Assembly: GCF_006345805.1 (NCBI RefSeq)
Contig: NC_043024.1
Location: forward strand, 12,834,001 to 12,898,000
DNA: 64,000 nucleotides
Origin: Octopus sinensis
Taxonomy: Eukaryota
Direction: 5' to 3'
Shown here piece after piece: positions 51,994-64,000 of this stretch (position 1 is its first letter; the number at the start of each line of letters is the position of its first letter). The notes under the pieces were generated by a model. It had not been told where the DNA came from and ran no database searches. It saw only the letters and a program-made list of their open reading frames with translations. A program made the translations under genes and the position numbers.

Positions 51994-52738
51994 TTGTTTA
52001 ATTTTATGAATGCACAGAAACACATATGTATAGATACTTATACATGTATGTATATATGCATATATATTTTTTGTGTTCGAGTGTGTGCATGCACGCGTGC
52101 GTGTGTATATGTGAGTGTGTGTGTGTGTGTGTAGACTTCAGAGCAAGAAATAAACAAGTCAGTTTAACAAGAAAAGTCGACCAGGAATATTATATGAAGT
52201 AGCAAATAAATTCCGAAAGAAAAACAAACAAAATATTAAATAAAGAATTGACAAAGAAAAAAAAATGCAAAAATAAAAACATTATTTTTAGAAATATTTT
52301 AGAATTCTTGTGACTTGAAAGAAAATATAAATTGTAGAAAAAACAACAAAAAACCCAATAAAATATTCTGCAGAAATTTTGGTGTGTCATATTTTATAGC
52401 AGATATATTTATACATGCAAAGCAGTAGTAGTCGAAGTAGTAGTAGTAGTATTAATAATAATAATAATAATGATGATAATAAACACAGCAGAACAAAAAC
52501 CTAAAATGTTTCTTTATGTAAACAAACTAGTCAAGTAATAACTTCTAAGCTCTTCTCTTCGCATCGCAATGAAAACTCAACTTTCAACCATCGAAAGGGA
52601 GTTGAACAACCTCTGAGAGATGACAGATAAAAACGACTCGACCGGAATTAGAACTCGGGTCGGTAGAATGATGTAAAGCGTAACCGTTGACATATGATGT
52701 TATACGTTCGTCGCAAGATGATATTCTCATCATCCTCA

Positions 52739-53070
52739 AAGGTAGCGTGCTGGCGGAAACATTAGCACGCCGGGCGAAATGCTTTGTGGTATTTCGTCCG
52801 CTGTTAGGTTCTGAGTTCAAATTCCGCCGAGGTCGACTTTGCCTTTCATCCTTTCGGGGTCCATTAAATAAGTACCAGTTACAAACTGGGGTCGATATAA
52901 TCGACTTAATACCTATGTCTGTCCTTGTTTGTCCCCTCTGTGTTTAGCCCCTTGTGGGTAGTAAATAAATAGGTATTTCGTCTGCCGTTATGTTCTGAGT
53001 TCAAGATCCGCCGAGGTCGACTTCGCCTTTTATCCTTTCGGAGTCGATAAATTAAGTACCAGTTACGCAC
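52739..53070 (+). mobile_element. SINE group C dimer (full copy plus headless partial copy)
   Basis: Tail ...AAATAGGTATTT runs directly into internal CGTCTGCCGTTA at 52971-52980; followed by an antisense group B head (53066-53138) joined at CTGGG. Confidence 0.88.
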
Positions 53071-53479
53071 TGGGAATCGAAACCGCGTTCTTATCATCAC
53101 GAGTCCGCTGCCCTAACCACTGGGTCATTGCACCTCCACTAGACAGTGGTATAATCGATAGAATGAGAAGAAGACTGTAATTCTCTCTGCATATGTTCGG
53201 CTGTTATTACTTGGTCGTTAGGAGTTCGATTCTAGCTGAGGCTCATTCCATGATTTTCTTTTCAAGAATTTTACTAGAAATAGAATCCAAATTTCACTGA
53301 AATCATATTCTATCTTCTATTTAATAAAATTTTCTTAAAAATAATGTAAGCGCCAGTTTAAACAATGTGATCCCTGATAAAGGAATGATTACGAGTGGAA
53401 GTTTTCATTGGGGCACTTCTAGGCAATTTGGTCCCAGTTTTAACCGACAGGGGGGGGGGCAGGGGGATCTGAAATCCAT

Positions 53480-53644
53480 AAAATAAGCTGTGGTTTTGTG
53501 ATAAGAAGCTAACTTCGCAACCACGTGGTTCTAGTTTCAGTTCCACTGCGTGGCGCTTAGGACACGGTTCCTTTGCTATATAGCCTCGGGTCGACCGAAC
53601 CTTGTGAGAGGATTTGGTAGACGGAAACTAAAAGAAGCTCGTCG

Positions 53645-53677
<33 letters not shown>

Positions 53678-53832
53678 ATGTGTGTGTTTGTCCCCTCATC
53701 ACAGCTTCACAACCGATAGAATAAGTGCTAAGCTTAAAAAATATGTTCTAGAGTCGATTTCTTCGACAACAAAACCTTCAAAGCGGGACTCCAGCATGGC
53801 CGCACTCAAATGACTGAAACAAGTAAAAGAAT
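53480..53832 (+). mobile_element. SINE group A, diverged
   Basis: Head, body and tail align with 3613-4036. Confidence 0.8.
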
Positions 53833-54358
53833 AACAGAACATTATATATGTATTTATAACCTCACACACACACACACACACACTCTCTCTTTCTCTCTAA
53901 CTGTCTTTTTCTTTCTCTCTCTCACATTCTATTTGGATACTAACTCTTACAAGTGTAGTGTTTTATTGATCTTTGAAATCACGAGAGGAACTCTAATGAA
54001 TTCGAAACGGAAGGATACAGCATTGGTCCCGTTAAGTGCCAATATCTAAATAAACATTTTCATCCTCTTGTGTAAGCTTTACCGAGAACCGTCTCGCTAC
54101 CTGTTGATTGATACGGTTCTTAATCAATGAGTGAGGTTACGTGTATTTGGATATCTATGACAGCGTGTGTGTGTGTGTGTGTGTGTGAGTGTGTGCAAGC
54201 CTGCGAGTATAAATCCATGGAAGGATGACAGTGCCTAGATGTGAATTCATCTGTGAATTTAGGACGAATGGGAATATACTGAGTTTCTATCTTCCGAGAT
54301 TAATTCTCGTTACTTCAAGCTGTCAGCATTCAATTTTTCGGTTCTCATATACATATAT

Positions 54359-54766
54359 TCTTTTACTCTTTTACTTGTTTCAGTTAGTTGACTGCGGCCA
54401 TGCTGGAGCATCGCCTTTTAGTCGAGCAAATCGACCCCAGGAATTATTCTTTGTAAGCCCAGTACTTATTCTATCGGTCTATTTTGCCGAACCGCTAATT
54501 GACGGGGACGTAAACACACCAACATCGGTTGTCAAGCAATGCTAGAGGGACAAACACAGACACACAAACATATACACCACACACATACATATATATACAT
54601 ATATACGACAGGCTTCTTTCAGTTTCCGTCTACCAAATCCACTCACAAGGCATTGGTCGGCCCGGGGCTATAGCAGAAGAGACTTGCCCAAGATGCCACG
54701 CAGTGGGACTGAACCCGGAACCATGTGGTTGGTAAGCAAGCTACTTACCACACATCCACTCCTGCG

Positions 54767-54769
<3 letters not shown>
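54359..54769 (-). mobile_element. SINE group A, full length
   Basis: Reverse complement of group A. Confidence 0.92.
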
Positions 54770-54801
<32 letters not shown>

Positions 54802-55381
54802 TGAGGTGAAGTTGGGTGTAAAGTTGAGATATTTCCAGAGAACCACTCGACCCGAATACCGAACTCTCTTCTAGGTCAAAACTGGAATTCTTCAGGTGAA
54901 GAAAATCCAAGTCTCAAAATGATTATACTATCAAACGGATTTGGCGAAGAGTATTGGTATTTATACACACACACACACACACACACACATAAGTCAGTTG
55001 TTTGCATGAAAGAAGAGTTAAGCCCCTCCAAAACTACGCATCTCTCACTATGTATAAATACGCACGGAGAATATAGCAAATATATTACTCCGAAACAGTC
55101 CTCTCCCTAGCAAAACACAAATAGGTAAAACACAAATGAGTGTATAACACATCCTAATCTCAACTGATTTCGCCTTCTGTGTCGAACCAACATTCAATGC
55201 TCATCAGCTGGGCTTCCTGAGTAAACTATATCAAAAAATCTATTTACCTTCCCGTGCGCGCTGTTCAGCTGAAGGCCCCGCCACTTCCAAACGAACATTA
55301 GTGAGCAAGTATGAAGTTAAAATCCAAATAGGTTATCATTACACTGGTCAACACAATTAAATGTATTATATATATCTTTAG

Positions 55382-56080
55382 TACCCACAAGGGGCTAAAC
55401 ACAGAGAGGAGACAAACAAGGACAGACAAACGGAATAAGTCGATTACATCGACCCCACTGCGTAACTGGTACTTAATTTATCGACCCCGAAAGGATGAAA
55501 GGCAAAGTCGACCTCGGCGGAATATGAATTCAAAACGTAACGGCAGACGAAATACCTATTTCTTTATTACCCACAAGGGGCTAAACATAGAGGGGACAAA
55601 TAAGGACAGACAAACGGATTAAGTCGATTATATCGACCCCACTGCGTAACTAGTGCTTAATTTATCGACCCCGAAAAGATGAAAGGTAAAGTCGACCTCG
55701 GCCGAGTTTGAACTCAGAACGTAACGGCAGACGAAATACCTATTTCTTTATTACCCACAATGGGCTAAACACAGAGAGAACAAACAAGGACAGACACACG
55801 GATTAAGTCGATTATATCGACCCCACTGCGTAACTGGTGCTTAATTTATCGACCCCGAAAAGATGAAAGGTAAAGTCGACCTCGGCCGAGTTTGAACTCA
55901 GAACGTAACGGCAGACGAAATACCTATTTCTTTATTACCCACAATGGGCTAAACACAGAGAGAACAAACAAGGACAGACAAAGAGATTAAGTCGATTATA
56001 TCGACCCCAGTGCGTAACTGGTACTTAACTTATCGCCCCCGAAAGGATGAAAAGCAAAGTCGACCTCGGCGGAATTTGAA
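55382..56080 (-). repeat. Tandem array of headless SINE group C units (184-186 bp, about 3.8 copies)
   Basis: TACCCACAA restarts at 55382, 55568, 55752 and 55936. Confidence 0.95.
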
Positions 56081-58129
56081 ATTAATACGCAACGCCTAAA
56101 TTAAATGTATTATACTCATTATGAATGCAAACCGACTTTTTGAGACTCATTTTCCATGCTGATTTCAAAATTTCACTCCATTTGTATGCAGCACGATCGA
56201 CGTTCCCTGGTGATATTTACTCCGCATAACGTTACGCAGACACTCCCTGGTATTTCTTACCGTTGCAATTTAACGTTCCAGGGATTTGCCCGTTGTAAAC
56301 ATGTAACAAACTACACTATTGTCCGCACAACTGTTCACCAATTGTTCACACGACTGTTCACCAATTGTTCACGCGACTGTTCATCAATTGTGATATAAAC
56401 AACGATGAACAACAGCCACAACTGTAGCTATAATTCTTCAAATTTATTTGACTGCGAAGCATCAATAACGCGAGGAAGTAGAAGACATAAAAAATAAAAA
56501 CAAAACAATAATAACAATAATAATAATAATAATAATGATAATAATAATAATAATAATAATGGTATCCAAGAAAGTGGAAATCATAATAAAATAAAGTTGC
56601 AAATTGTAGCATAAATATCAGTAGAATTGACATTTTTAATCTTCATTATCAGAACGTTTTCTTTTGTCTGTGTGTCCTTGGTGTTGTTGTTCATGTTGTT
56701 GTTCATGTTGTTGTTGTTGTAGCTGTTAGTTTTACTGTTTTCATTGTTGTCCTTCTTGTTGTTGTTGTTCTTCTTGTCACTGGAATTATATTGGTATCAT
56801 TTTCATCGTTGTTTTTGTTTCTGCACTCGAAGCAGTTGTTGTTATCGTTTTTGTTGTTGTTGCTGCTAATGCAGCCGCCATTGTTTTATGTTATTCTTCT
56901 TCTTGTTGTTGCACTCGAAGATACTTCATTTGTTGTTGTTGTTGATGCTGTTTAGCTTTGTTTTGTGTTCTTTTTTTTTTGGCAAAGATTTTCTCGATAA
57001 AGTAGGCAAGTTTGTTCAGGAGGTTGGTTATAACTTGACTAACTCTCAGTGTTTTTCTTTCTAATGAGATTTCTACACGAGATAAATAATAACACAAAAC
57101 TCCACTGGATGTCAAGTCAAATTTGGAAAGTTTGTTAAACACTTTTTAAAGGTTTCGAATTCCAAACAAAACGAGGAAACAATGTGAAAACAAACACAAA
57201 AGAACCCACCTGCCTACCATTCCGCCACATTCGTCATAACAGCAACAGGAGAAAAAAGTTACTGTGGAACTTTTACTTTCTTAAATTTTTTAAAATTCTA
57301 TGGAACAGTATTCGACACATTTTATTTTTGTATTCCTCTGAGAATTTTTGGCGTGTTTCTATTTGCTTTTATTTGTATCAGAAAATATTTGTTTCCAAGA
57401 AGGCGCCGACATGGCGAGGTGGTTAAGACTCTCGTTTTGCAAACATGAAATTTCGATTGAGTCTCACTCACAGAGCGATGCATCGTACAAATGTCTTCGA
57501 GTGTAACTCTGGTCTTGCCAATACCTTTTGAGTGAAGTTGGCAGGCAGGAAGCTGTGTGAAACACTGCCGTATGTGTGTATGCGTGCATATATATAAACA
57601 CACATACACACAGACACACACTCACATACACACGCACACCGTGTGAATAATTTCTAATAGTAATTTTTTTTTATATCTTTATCTAACATATATAACGTTG
57701 TAACTCCTATTAGCAAATGAAACATATGTAATGTCGAACAAATAATACCAAAACATGCTCCAACTTCTTGTTTTGTTACACACACACATTTTGTGAGAGC
57801 TCGTTGCCAAGTTTATTGAGTACTGCACTCAAAACTGCAGGGATAGTGGTGGCTTTAATTTCCGTCCGAGCTACGTTGGTTTCTCGAATCAAACCCTTCA
57901 TTTCACGTTTCTGTACAATCTTTTCTACATCTGACGCCTGACACATTTGTGCACTTGTAAAGGCTATGTAGATTTGATGGCGGGACTGAGCTAATATACA
58001 ACGCAAACATTTGGTCCCTTTTACCACAACTACTGTGCAGGTTGTTCAGACAACAAATTGCCGGTAGTAATTGCAGAAGACCTACCTGTTGTTTACTACA
58101 AAGGAATATATGTGCATATATATATATAT

Positions 58130-58436
58130 CAAGTGATCACGTGATCGACAAGGCTATCAGATGATGTTACACATCGCTTGTCACAATGCGCTTCGCATTG
58201 TTTTAGCCTTCAAATGACGCCACCCCGCTGGCTAAGCAAGCAGACCAAGAGAAGAATGTGTGAGAGAAAGTTCTGGCGAAAGCGTACAGCAGGGATCGCC
58301 ACCACCCGCTGCCGGAGGTTGTGGAGCTTTTAGATGTTTTCGTTCAATAAACACACACAATGCCCGGTCTGGGAATCGAAACCGCGATCCTTACGACCGC
58401 GAGTCCGCTGCCCTAATCACTGGGCCAATGCGCCTC

Positions 58437-58437
<1 letters not shown>
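58130..58437 (-). mobile_element. SINE group B (tail type 1)
   Basis: Close match to 8103-8414. Confidence 0.9.
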
Positions 58438-58470
<33 letters not shown>

Positions 58471-59002
58471 CAAATCTGCATAGCAATCTATATACACCTA
58501 TAAAAATACACACAGTTACACACAGAATGATTCTGCTTGCGTTTTTATAGCTATTCTTTTTGTTGTTGTTATTGTTGTTGTTTGTTATTGTTTGTTGCAA
58601 TCCTCTTTAAAGCTCCAGTTAACTTTCATCTCCTGAACATAAACATCCAATACAATAAACGCATTCGCTTTTGGATCAGGCATTGTGTATCTTGGGCTAC
58701 GTTATTTAATGTGTCGATTCCTATTTTTTAGAAACAGGGTCGTTTGTAGCGGTGACGTCAGTGGTACCTGTGCTTGTAGCGGGGCTGGTAATACTAGTGG
58801 TGTGTATCAGTAATGGTTTCGGTTGTAGTGTTAGAGCTGGTAGCAGTACTATTGATAATTATCGTGCTAGTTGTAGTTGGAGTGGATTTAATAATATTGC
58901 TGAGCCGTAATAAGGGAGTTGTTAGATCGCAGTGGTGGTCTTGTTTGGAAGTACTGACCGTGTTAGTAATAATGGATGTATTGGAAGGGGATGGAGGTAT
59001 TA

Positions 59003-59238
59003 GCGGCGAGCTGGCAGAGTCGTTAGCACGCCGGGAGAAACGCTTAGCGGTATTTTGTCTGCCGTTACGTTGTGAGTTCAAATTCCGCCGAGGTCGACTT
59101 TGCCTTTCATCCTTTCGGGGTCGATTAAATAAGTACCAGTTACGCACTGGGGTCGATATAATCGACTTAATCTGTTTGTCCGTCCTTGTTTGTCCCCTCT
59201 GTGTTTAGCCCCTTGTGGGTAGTAAAGAAATAGGTATT
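59003..59238 (+). mobile_element. SINE group C, full length, with TSD
   Basis: AGGTATTAGCG at 58995-59005 and 59232-59242, overlapping the element ends. Confidence 0.92.
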
Positions 59239-59675
59239 AGCGATGGTATTGTTCATTGTGGTGGTGGTTGTAGCATAGGTAGCAGTAGTTGTGGTATTAG
59301 CTGTAAGTACTGTTATTGGTTTTGTTAGGGACAGGATTGTGAGTGGTGACGTTGGAGGGAGTTGTAGTATTTCGTTGCATTACTGGAGTGTGTTAAAAGT
59401 GGTGAAGGTGGTGGTAGTGGTAGTGGTGTTGGTGGATGTGGAGGTGGTGGTGCTGTAGGTATCGTTGGATGGTGATGGTTGTGCAAGTGATGGTAATAGT
59501 AATGGTGGTGGTAGCGGCGGGTTGATGGTGGCATGGTGGTGGTGGTGATGGCGGTGCAGTTTGTGGCAGTGTTGGTAGTGGTGAGGTGGTAGTAGAGGTA
59601 GATATAGTACGAATAGTAATGGTAGCAGCAGTAGCATTCATATAATTCGATCGTTCGGAGAAAGCAATTGAATTG

Positions 59676-59719
59676 ATGTCAAGAGGTCAAGAGGTCAAGA
59701 GGTCAAGAGGTCAAGGTTC
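59676..59719 (+). repeat. 8-bp tandem repeat forming an AGGTCA DR2 array
   Basis: AGGTCA at 59684, 59692, 59700 and 59708, plus ATGTCA at 59676 and AGGTTC at 59714. Confidence 0.85.
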
Positions 59720-59837
59720 GTTTGTGATAAATTGAAGATACAGAACGATGCTTTTCAATAAAGACACACAGACACACACACATAAGCACATACACACATA
59801 TACGCACACACATAACAACACACACATTACGCGCACA

Positions 59838-59877
<40 letters not shown>

Positions 59878-60744
59878 CGTATTTACGAATCTTTACATCT
59901 ACAAATATACATACATGTGCACACAATTACACATGTGTATACATGGAGGCACATACAAATATGTATGTACACATATACAAAAATATACACACACGTATAC
60001 TCACACATACATTCATACATATATATAATCATACATATAGAAATATACATACGCATCTATATACACCTATACAAATGCACAAAGTTACACATCGAACTAT
60101 ATACGCATAGTTATGCTTGTATATACACACACACGTATACCATCATATCTACACAATATCGAAGACTACAGACACAAACACTTGAACACACCTATACAGA
60201 TGGAATGCGTTGTATTATCTGCGATGAGACATTGTTAATGAATAAAGGTCTCCCTCATTTGTTCATTCCTTTATTCCTGCATTCTCTTATTCAGTTATCC
60301 ATTGATGGAATAGTCAGTTGATATCACTTCAGCAAAGCTAACAATCCGCCATATCAAAACTAAATTCATCGATGCAGTATGCTTGGCCAAGCGATTATGT
60401 AAAACATCTTCAGGAACAGGCAATATGGCCTCCTGCTATTCCAGTTGCCGATACACTGAACTATAATGAATCACACATAATATACACAAACAGCTTCGGT
60501 TAGTGTATGCTTAAGGAATAAACACACAACAATGTTTGCCTCCATGGCAAGTTATATATATATTAACATGAACATTAAGTAGAAAAAGGTCATAGACTGA
60601 TTTTGGTAAAGTACATCTTTATTAATTTCCAGAAAGAAGTGTTGGATAATGATTTATATGTTTCGGGTCGCAAGTCATCGCCAGGTAGCTTATAAAACGA
60701 AACTTTGAAATGACTTTTACATCTTATCTTCCAAAAATTTATAT

Positions 60745-60935
60745 ATGTGTCGCCATGATAGACCGGTAGCCACTACACACATTTTTATCTCTCCTTGTTT
60801 CTTTCTGTGTTCCTTTCTGTTGATCAGCGTAGGCTCGAAACGTAAAGGACTTTTTCATTTCCCGAGCGTTATACTAATACATCTGTTTGTTTTCTACACC
60901 ACCTGTCTTCGTCTTTTGTTTTGTTCGTGAATTCC
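60745..60935 (+). mobile_element. Repeat family D (Penelope-like terminal repeat) with hammerhead-like relic
   Basis: Diverged reverse complement of 62405-62600; contains CTTT-CTGTTGA-T-CAGC GTAG GCTC-GAAA-CG-TA-AAGG. Confidence 0.65.
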
Positions 60936-61077
60936 ACCCCCTACATATATATATATATATGCATACAGACACACATACATATATATGTATATATACATGA
61001 ATCTATGTGTGTGTGTGTGGGTGTATATACGTGCACATACACATACATGCAACTGGTTAGACTCTAAATCCATGTGC

Positions 61078-61540
61078 CCATCCAGCCATCATCTCTGCAT
61101 ATTATTCATGGGAAGGTCATGGAAGTAGTGTCTTCAGGCACCTCCTTCATATTTTCCTAATAGAAGCGAACGGTCGTTACACTTTCGGACTGGAATCTCA
61201 AGTGTGACCAACCAGGACAATGGATATAATCCGACCATCACGTTCTTGATCATTTTCTAAGTCTGCATTTGGTTAATTTGGCAAGAAGAATCAGTTTCGG
61301 CAATTGATTCCTGCAGGATTCTAAATACATGTCCGTTGTACCGGAGCTGTGTCCTTTCAATGCAAAGAAGTAGGAACTCGACTTTGAGAGATTCCCCAAT
61401 TTTGGAATTACACATCTTCTCGAGTAACGTTACTCCAGAGATTCTTCAGAAGAATTCATTTCTGTCGCTTGTATTCACAACATATTCTTTCGCTTATTAT
61501 CAAACATTGATGACCGTAGTTGAGGATAGGTACTTAAATC
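61078..61540 (-). mobile_element. RTE (Rex3/Expander-like) LINE 3' segment
   Basis: VPILNYGH, QATEM, ISGVTLLEK.CNSKIGESLKVE, IERTQLRYNGHV, LKTLLP; degenerate (GATG)n tail. Confidence 0.85.
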
Positions 61541-61915
61541 GGTGACAGTAGGATTGGTCGGTTGATATTTGCAGACGTCGTGATGGCACTTAGCAGCATA
61601 CACCGTATGGGTTTGGTGTCGAGCGCTGCAAGAAAGGGGTGGGAATTAGTTTTGTGAAGACTGAGACACTAGTACTTTCAAGAAAGTATTCCGAATATAC
61701 TCTGCATGTCAACGGGACATCACTGAGAAAAGAGGACGAATTTAAGAATTTCAGAGTGGTATTCATAAGTGAGAGACAACGGAAAGCTGAACTGGATGCT
61801 AGGATTCCAAGTACTGGCACAGTAATAACCAAACTTCTGCATTCGATTTCTCAGAAGAGGAGAGCTTGGTAAAGATGCCAAACACGCCTCCAAGTTCTCT
61901 CTATTCCAAACTTTA
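61541..61915 (+). mobile_element. RTE LINE RT segment, inverted relative to the 3' segment
   Basis: GDSRIGRLIFAD, GISFVKTETLVLSRK, VNGTSLRKEDEFK, ELDARI, ELGKDAK. Confidence 0.85.
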
Positions 61916-62404
61916 TTCAGATAACATTGGTGAAATTGGTGCCACAAGAGAAGTCATTTGCTCTCTGTGCCACGCTGTAACATCGAACTCAGTACCACAA
62001 GCTTTTAAAGCAGAGTCATTAACTACAGAGCTATCTGTAATCCAAAGCGATTTAAAAATAGATGGAAAAACATACTCGATTCGCACACTCAGATTGTTGG
62101 CGATATTTCGTTGTCCAAGAATTACGAAACATATCTAATCACACAGAGCCACGCCATTAGACAAACATGAATATGTGTATAATACACGATTAAAACCGAT
62201 ATATCAGCGATATAGATAATTTGTTATGAAAACGAAGTAAGATGTATTGTTACCGTACTGCATGTCTCGGGTAATTCATTTATCATATGTAAACAATATT
62301 TCTAAATAGATACTCCAAATGTTTGTGTATGCGTATTTGTATCCCTGAGTGTATATGTGTGTGTGTGTGTGTGTATACGTATATACACACACATATTTAT
62401 ATTC

Positions 62405-62600
62405 GGTGAGAATTTACTAAAAAAGAAGACGAAGACGAGTGTGTAAACAACAAACAGATATATTAGTTTAACGCTAGAGAAGTGAGAAAGTCTTTTATAT
62501 TTCGAGCCTACGCTCTTCGACAGAAAGGAACACAGGAAGAAATAAACAGAAAGAGAAAATAAAAGAAAGGTTTAGTGGCTAGCGATCTATCATGGCGAAT
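62405..62600 (-). mobile_element. Repeat family D copy
   Basis: Minus: CTTT-CTGTCGA-A-GAGC GTAG GCTC-GAAA-TA-TA-AAAG. Confidence 0.65.
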
Positions 62601-62662
62601 GTGTGTGTATGTGCGTGTATATATATATACATACTGGCATGCAGACATAAATATATATGTAA

Positions 62663-62723
<61 letters not shown>

Positions 62724-63574
62724 CATACATACATACAAGTAGTAAACATAATGTATAATTTCATAACTTAGAAACTGCTAAAAGGTAACCCAAATATATG
62801 TGAGTATATTTACACACATACATATACACGCATACCATATACACACGCATATATGTAGATACACGCGTGCCTATACATATGAACATATATCATAAGCGTA
62901 TATAAATTTATATTTCACACACACACAAACTCGGCCTCACAAACGTTCCTTTATATTAAACACTGCCAATCGAGAGTCATTGAAATGTGGAGAAATTTGT
63001 TTGCCTCGGGGCATTATCATGAGATTAATTGAATTTTCTAGTCAAAACGAGAACGTTAAATGCTAGTTTATAGAATTAAAGGTACCGTTAACCTATAGAA
63101 CGAAGGTGAGGAAATGGAAGAATGTAGAATTCCTAGTGCTCTTTCAAGATCATGTTTCCCTTAATTTCCGAACCTTGGCAAACTTGCAAACACTAACTGC
63201 AATTATCCGAAAAGGATGAAGCAATGCCAGAAAGAAATAAAAGAATATTTATCAAAAGCTATCCCTTCAATGAAACACATTAGACAATATTCTAAAGCTC
63301 GCTCAACCTTATCTTTGAGTGTTGTGAGTTTTTGTGGAAGTCTGTCTTTGTATGCTCGTCCATTTCTGTGTGTGGAACCGTCACAGAAATTTTGCTGTTG
63401 GCTGATTAAATATTGTAATAATAAAAGCCTTCATAATGTCGAATTTAGAAGAGAAATTATGTGTATGTGCGTCCACGTGTGTGTACGTACGTGTGACTTG
63501 CAATGCGTTCGTACGCGTGTCCTTGTGTGCTTTTGTATACGTATACACACACACACACACACACATATATATAC

Positions 63575-63606
<32 letters not shown>

Positions 63607-64000
63607 GCATTTGTAGCACTGTGCGTTTGTAGATATAGTTATGAGAAAATATGTATATATGTGTGTATATGGACATATATGTATACACATATATATATGA
63701 TCATGTACACTAATATATGAAAGTATTTATATATATGTATATATATATATATATGCTTATATATATATGTATATACAACCTTATACATGTGTACACACAC
63801 ACATATATGTATATATATCCATATGTGTATTCATTTATGTATATATATATATATACATACACATACATACATAGATCTATGTGTTTGCATGTATGTATAT
63901 AAGTATGTGGGAGCGGCCTTTTTGAGCCATAATTCTCATAAAAATCCAAAATTACGAGTTCCTTTGGCGACCTTAAGAATGTAACACTGAAAGACGTTCA

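Noticed and set aside
55382-56080. CRISPR-like array (also 404-775)
   Set aside because: Whole units repeat with no unique spacers, there are no cas genes, and the context is eukaryotic.
56261-56451. Minus-strand exon candidate with a good acceptor and a gtaaga donor
   Set aside because: Stops occur in all three frames and it contains a 23-bp tandem repeat; it cannot be supported without RNA data.
57776-58027. 83-aa minus ORF of ordinary composition
   Set aside because: No recognisable domain, no strong donor, and a non-ATG start.
105-63984. Many HT/YI/CV/SL-repeat ORFs in the track
   Set aside because: They are (CA)n, (TA)n, (GT)n, (CT)n and triplet-repeat artefacts with no domain content.

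Overview
AT-rich, microsatellite-dense animal DNA. The SINE families, LINE types and repeat density point to an octopus/coleoid cephalopod genome; this is inference, not verified. I find no intact protein-coding gene, rRNA, true tRNA or CRISPR array, and most ORFs in the track are translations of (TA)n/(CA)n/(CT)n repeats. The window is mostly retroelement remnants (R4/Dong-like, CR1/L2-like, Penelope-like, RTE, Tx1-like, one Gypsy integrase piece), three tRNA-derived SINE groups, two non-autonomous Helitrons and several TIR/fold-back elements, two with clean TSDs. The only host-gene signals are candidate minus-strand micro-exons (46341-46374 with duplicate 47566-47599, and 17601-17649), so the window may lie in long introns of a minus-strand gene. 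Most interesting: (i) type I hammerhead-ribozyme-like folds with non-canonical cores in two Penelope-like repeat families, one with a compensatory G3:C8 swap; (ii) an AG|GTGAGT recursive-splice-like micro-exon; (iii) a candidate exon looped out by a long hairpin; (iv) SINE concatemers sharing one GGTATT junction; (v) an RTE tail with three intact C2H2 fingers; (vi) a 5'-inverted RTE insertion; (vii) a Tx1-like element inside (ATCT)n. All alignments and folds were done by eye.
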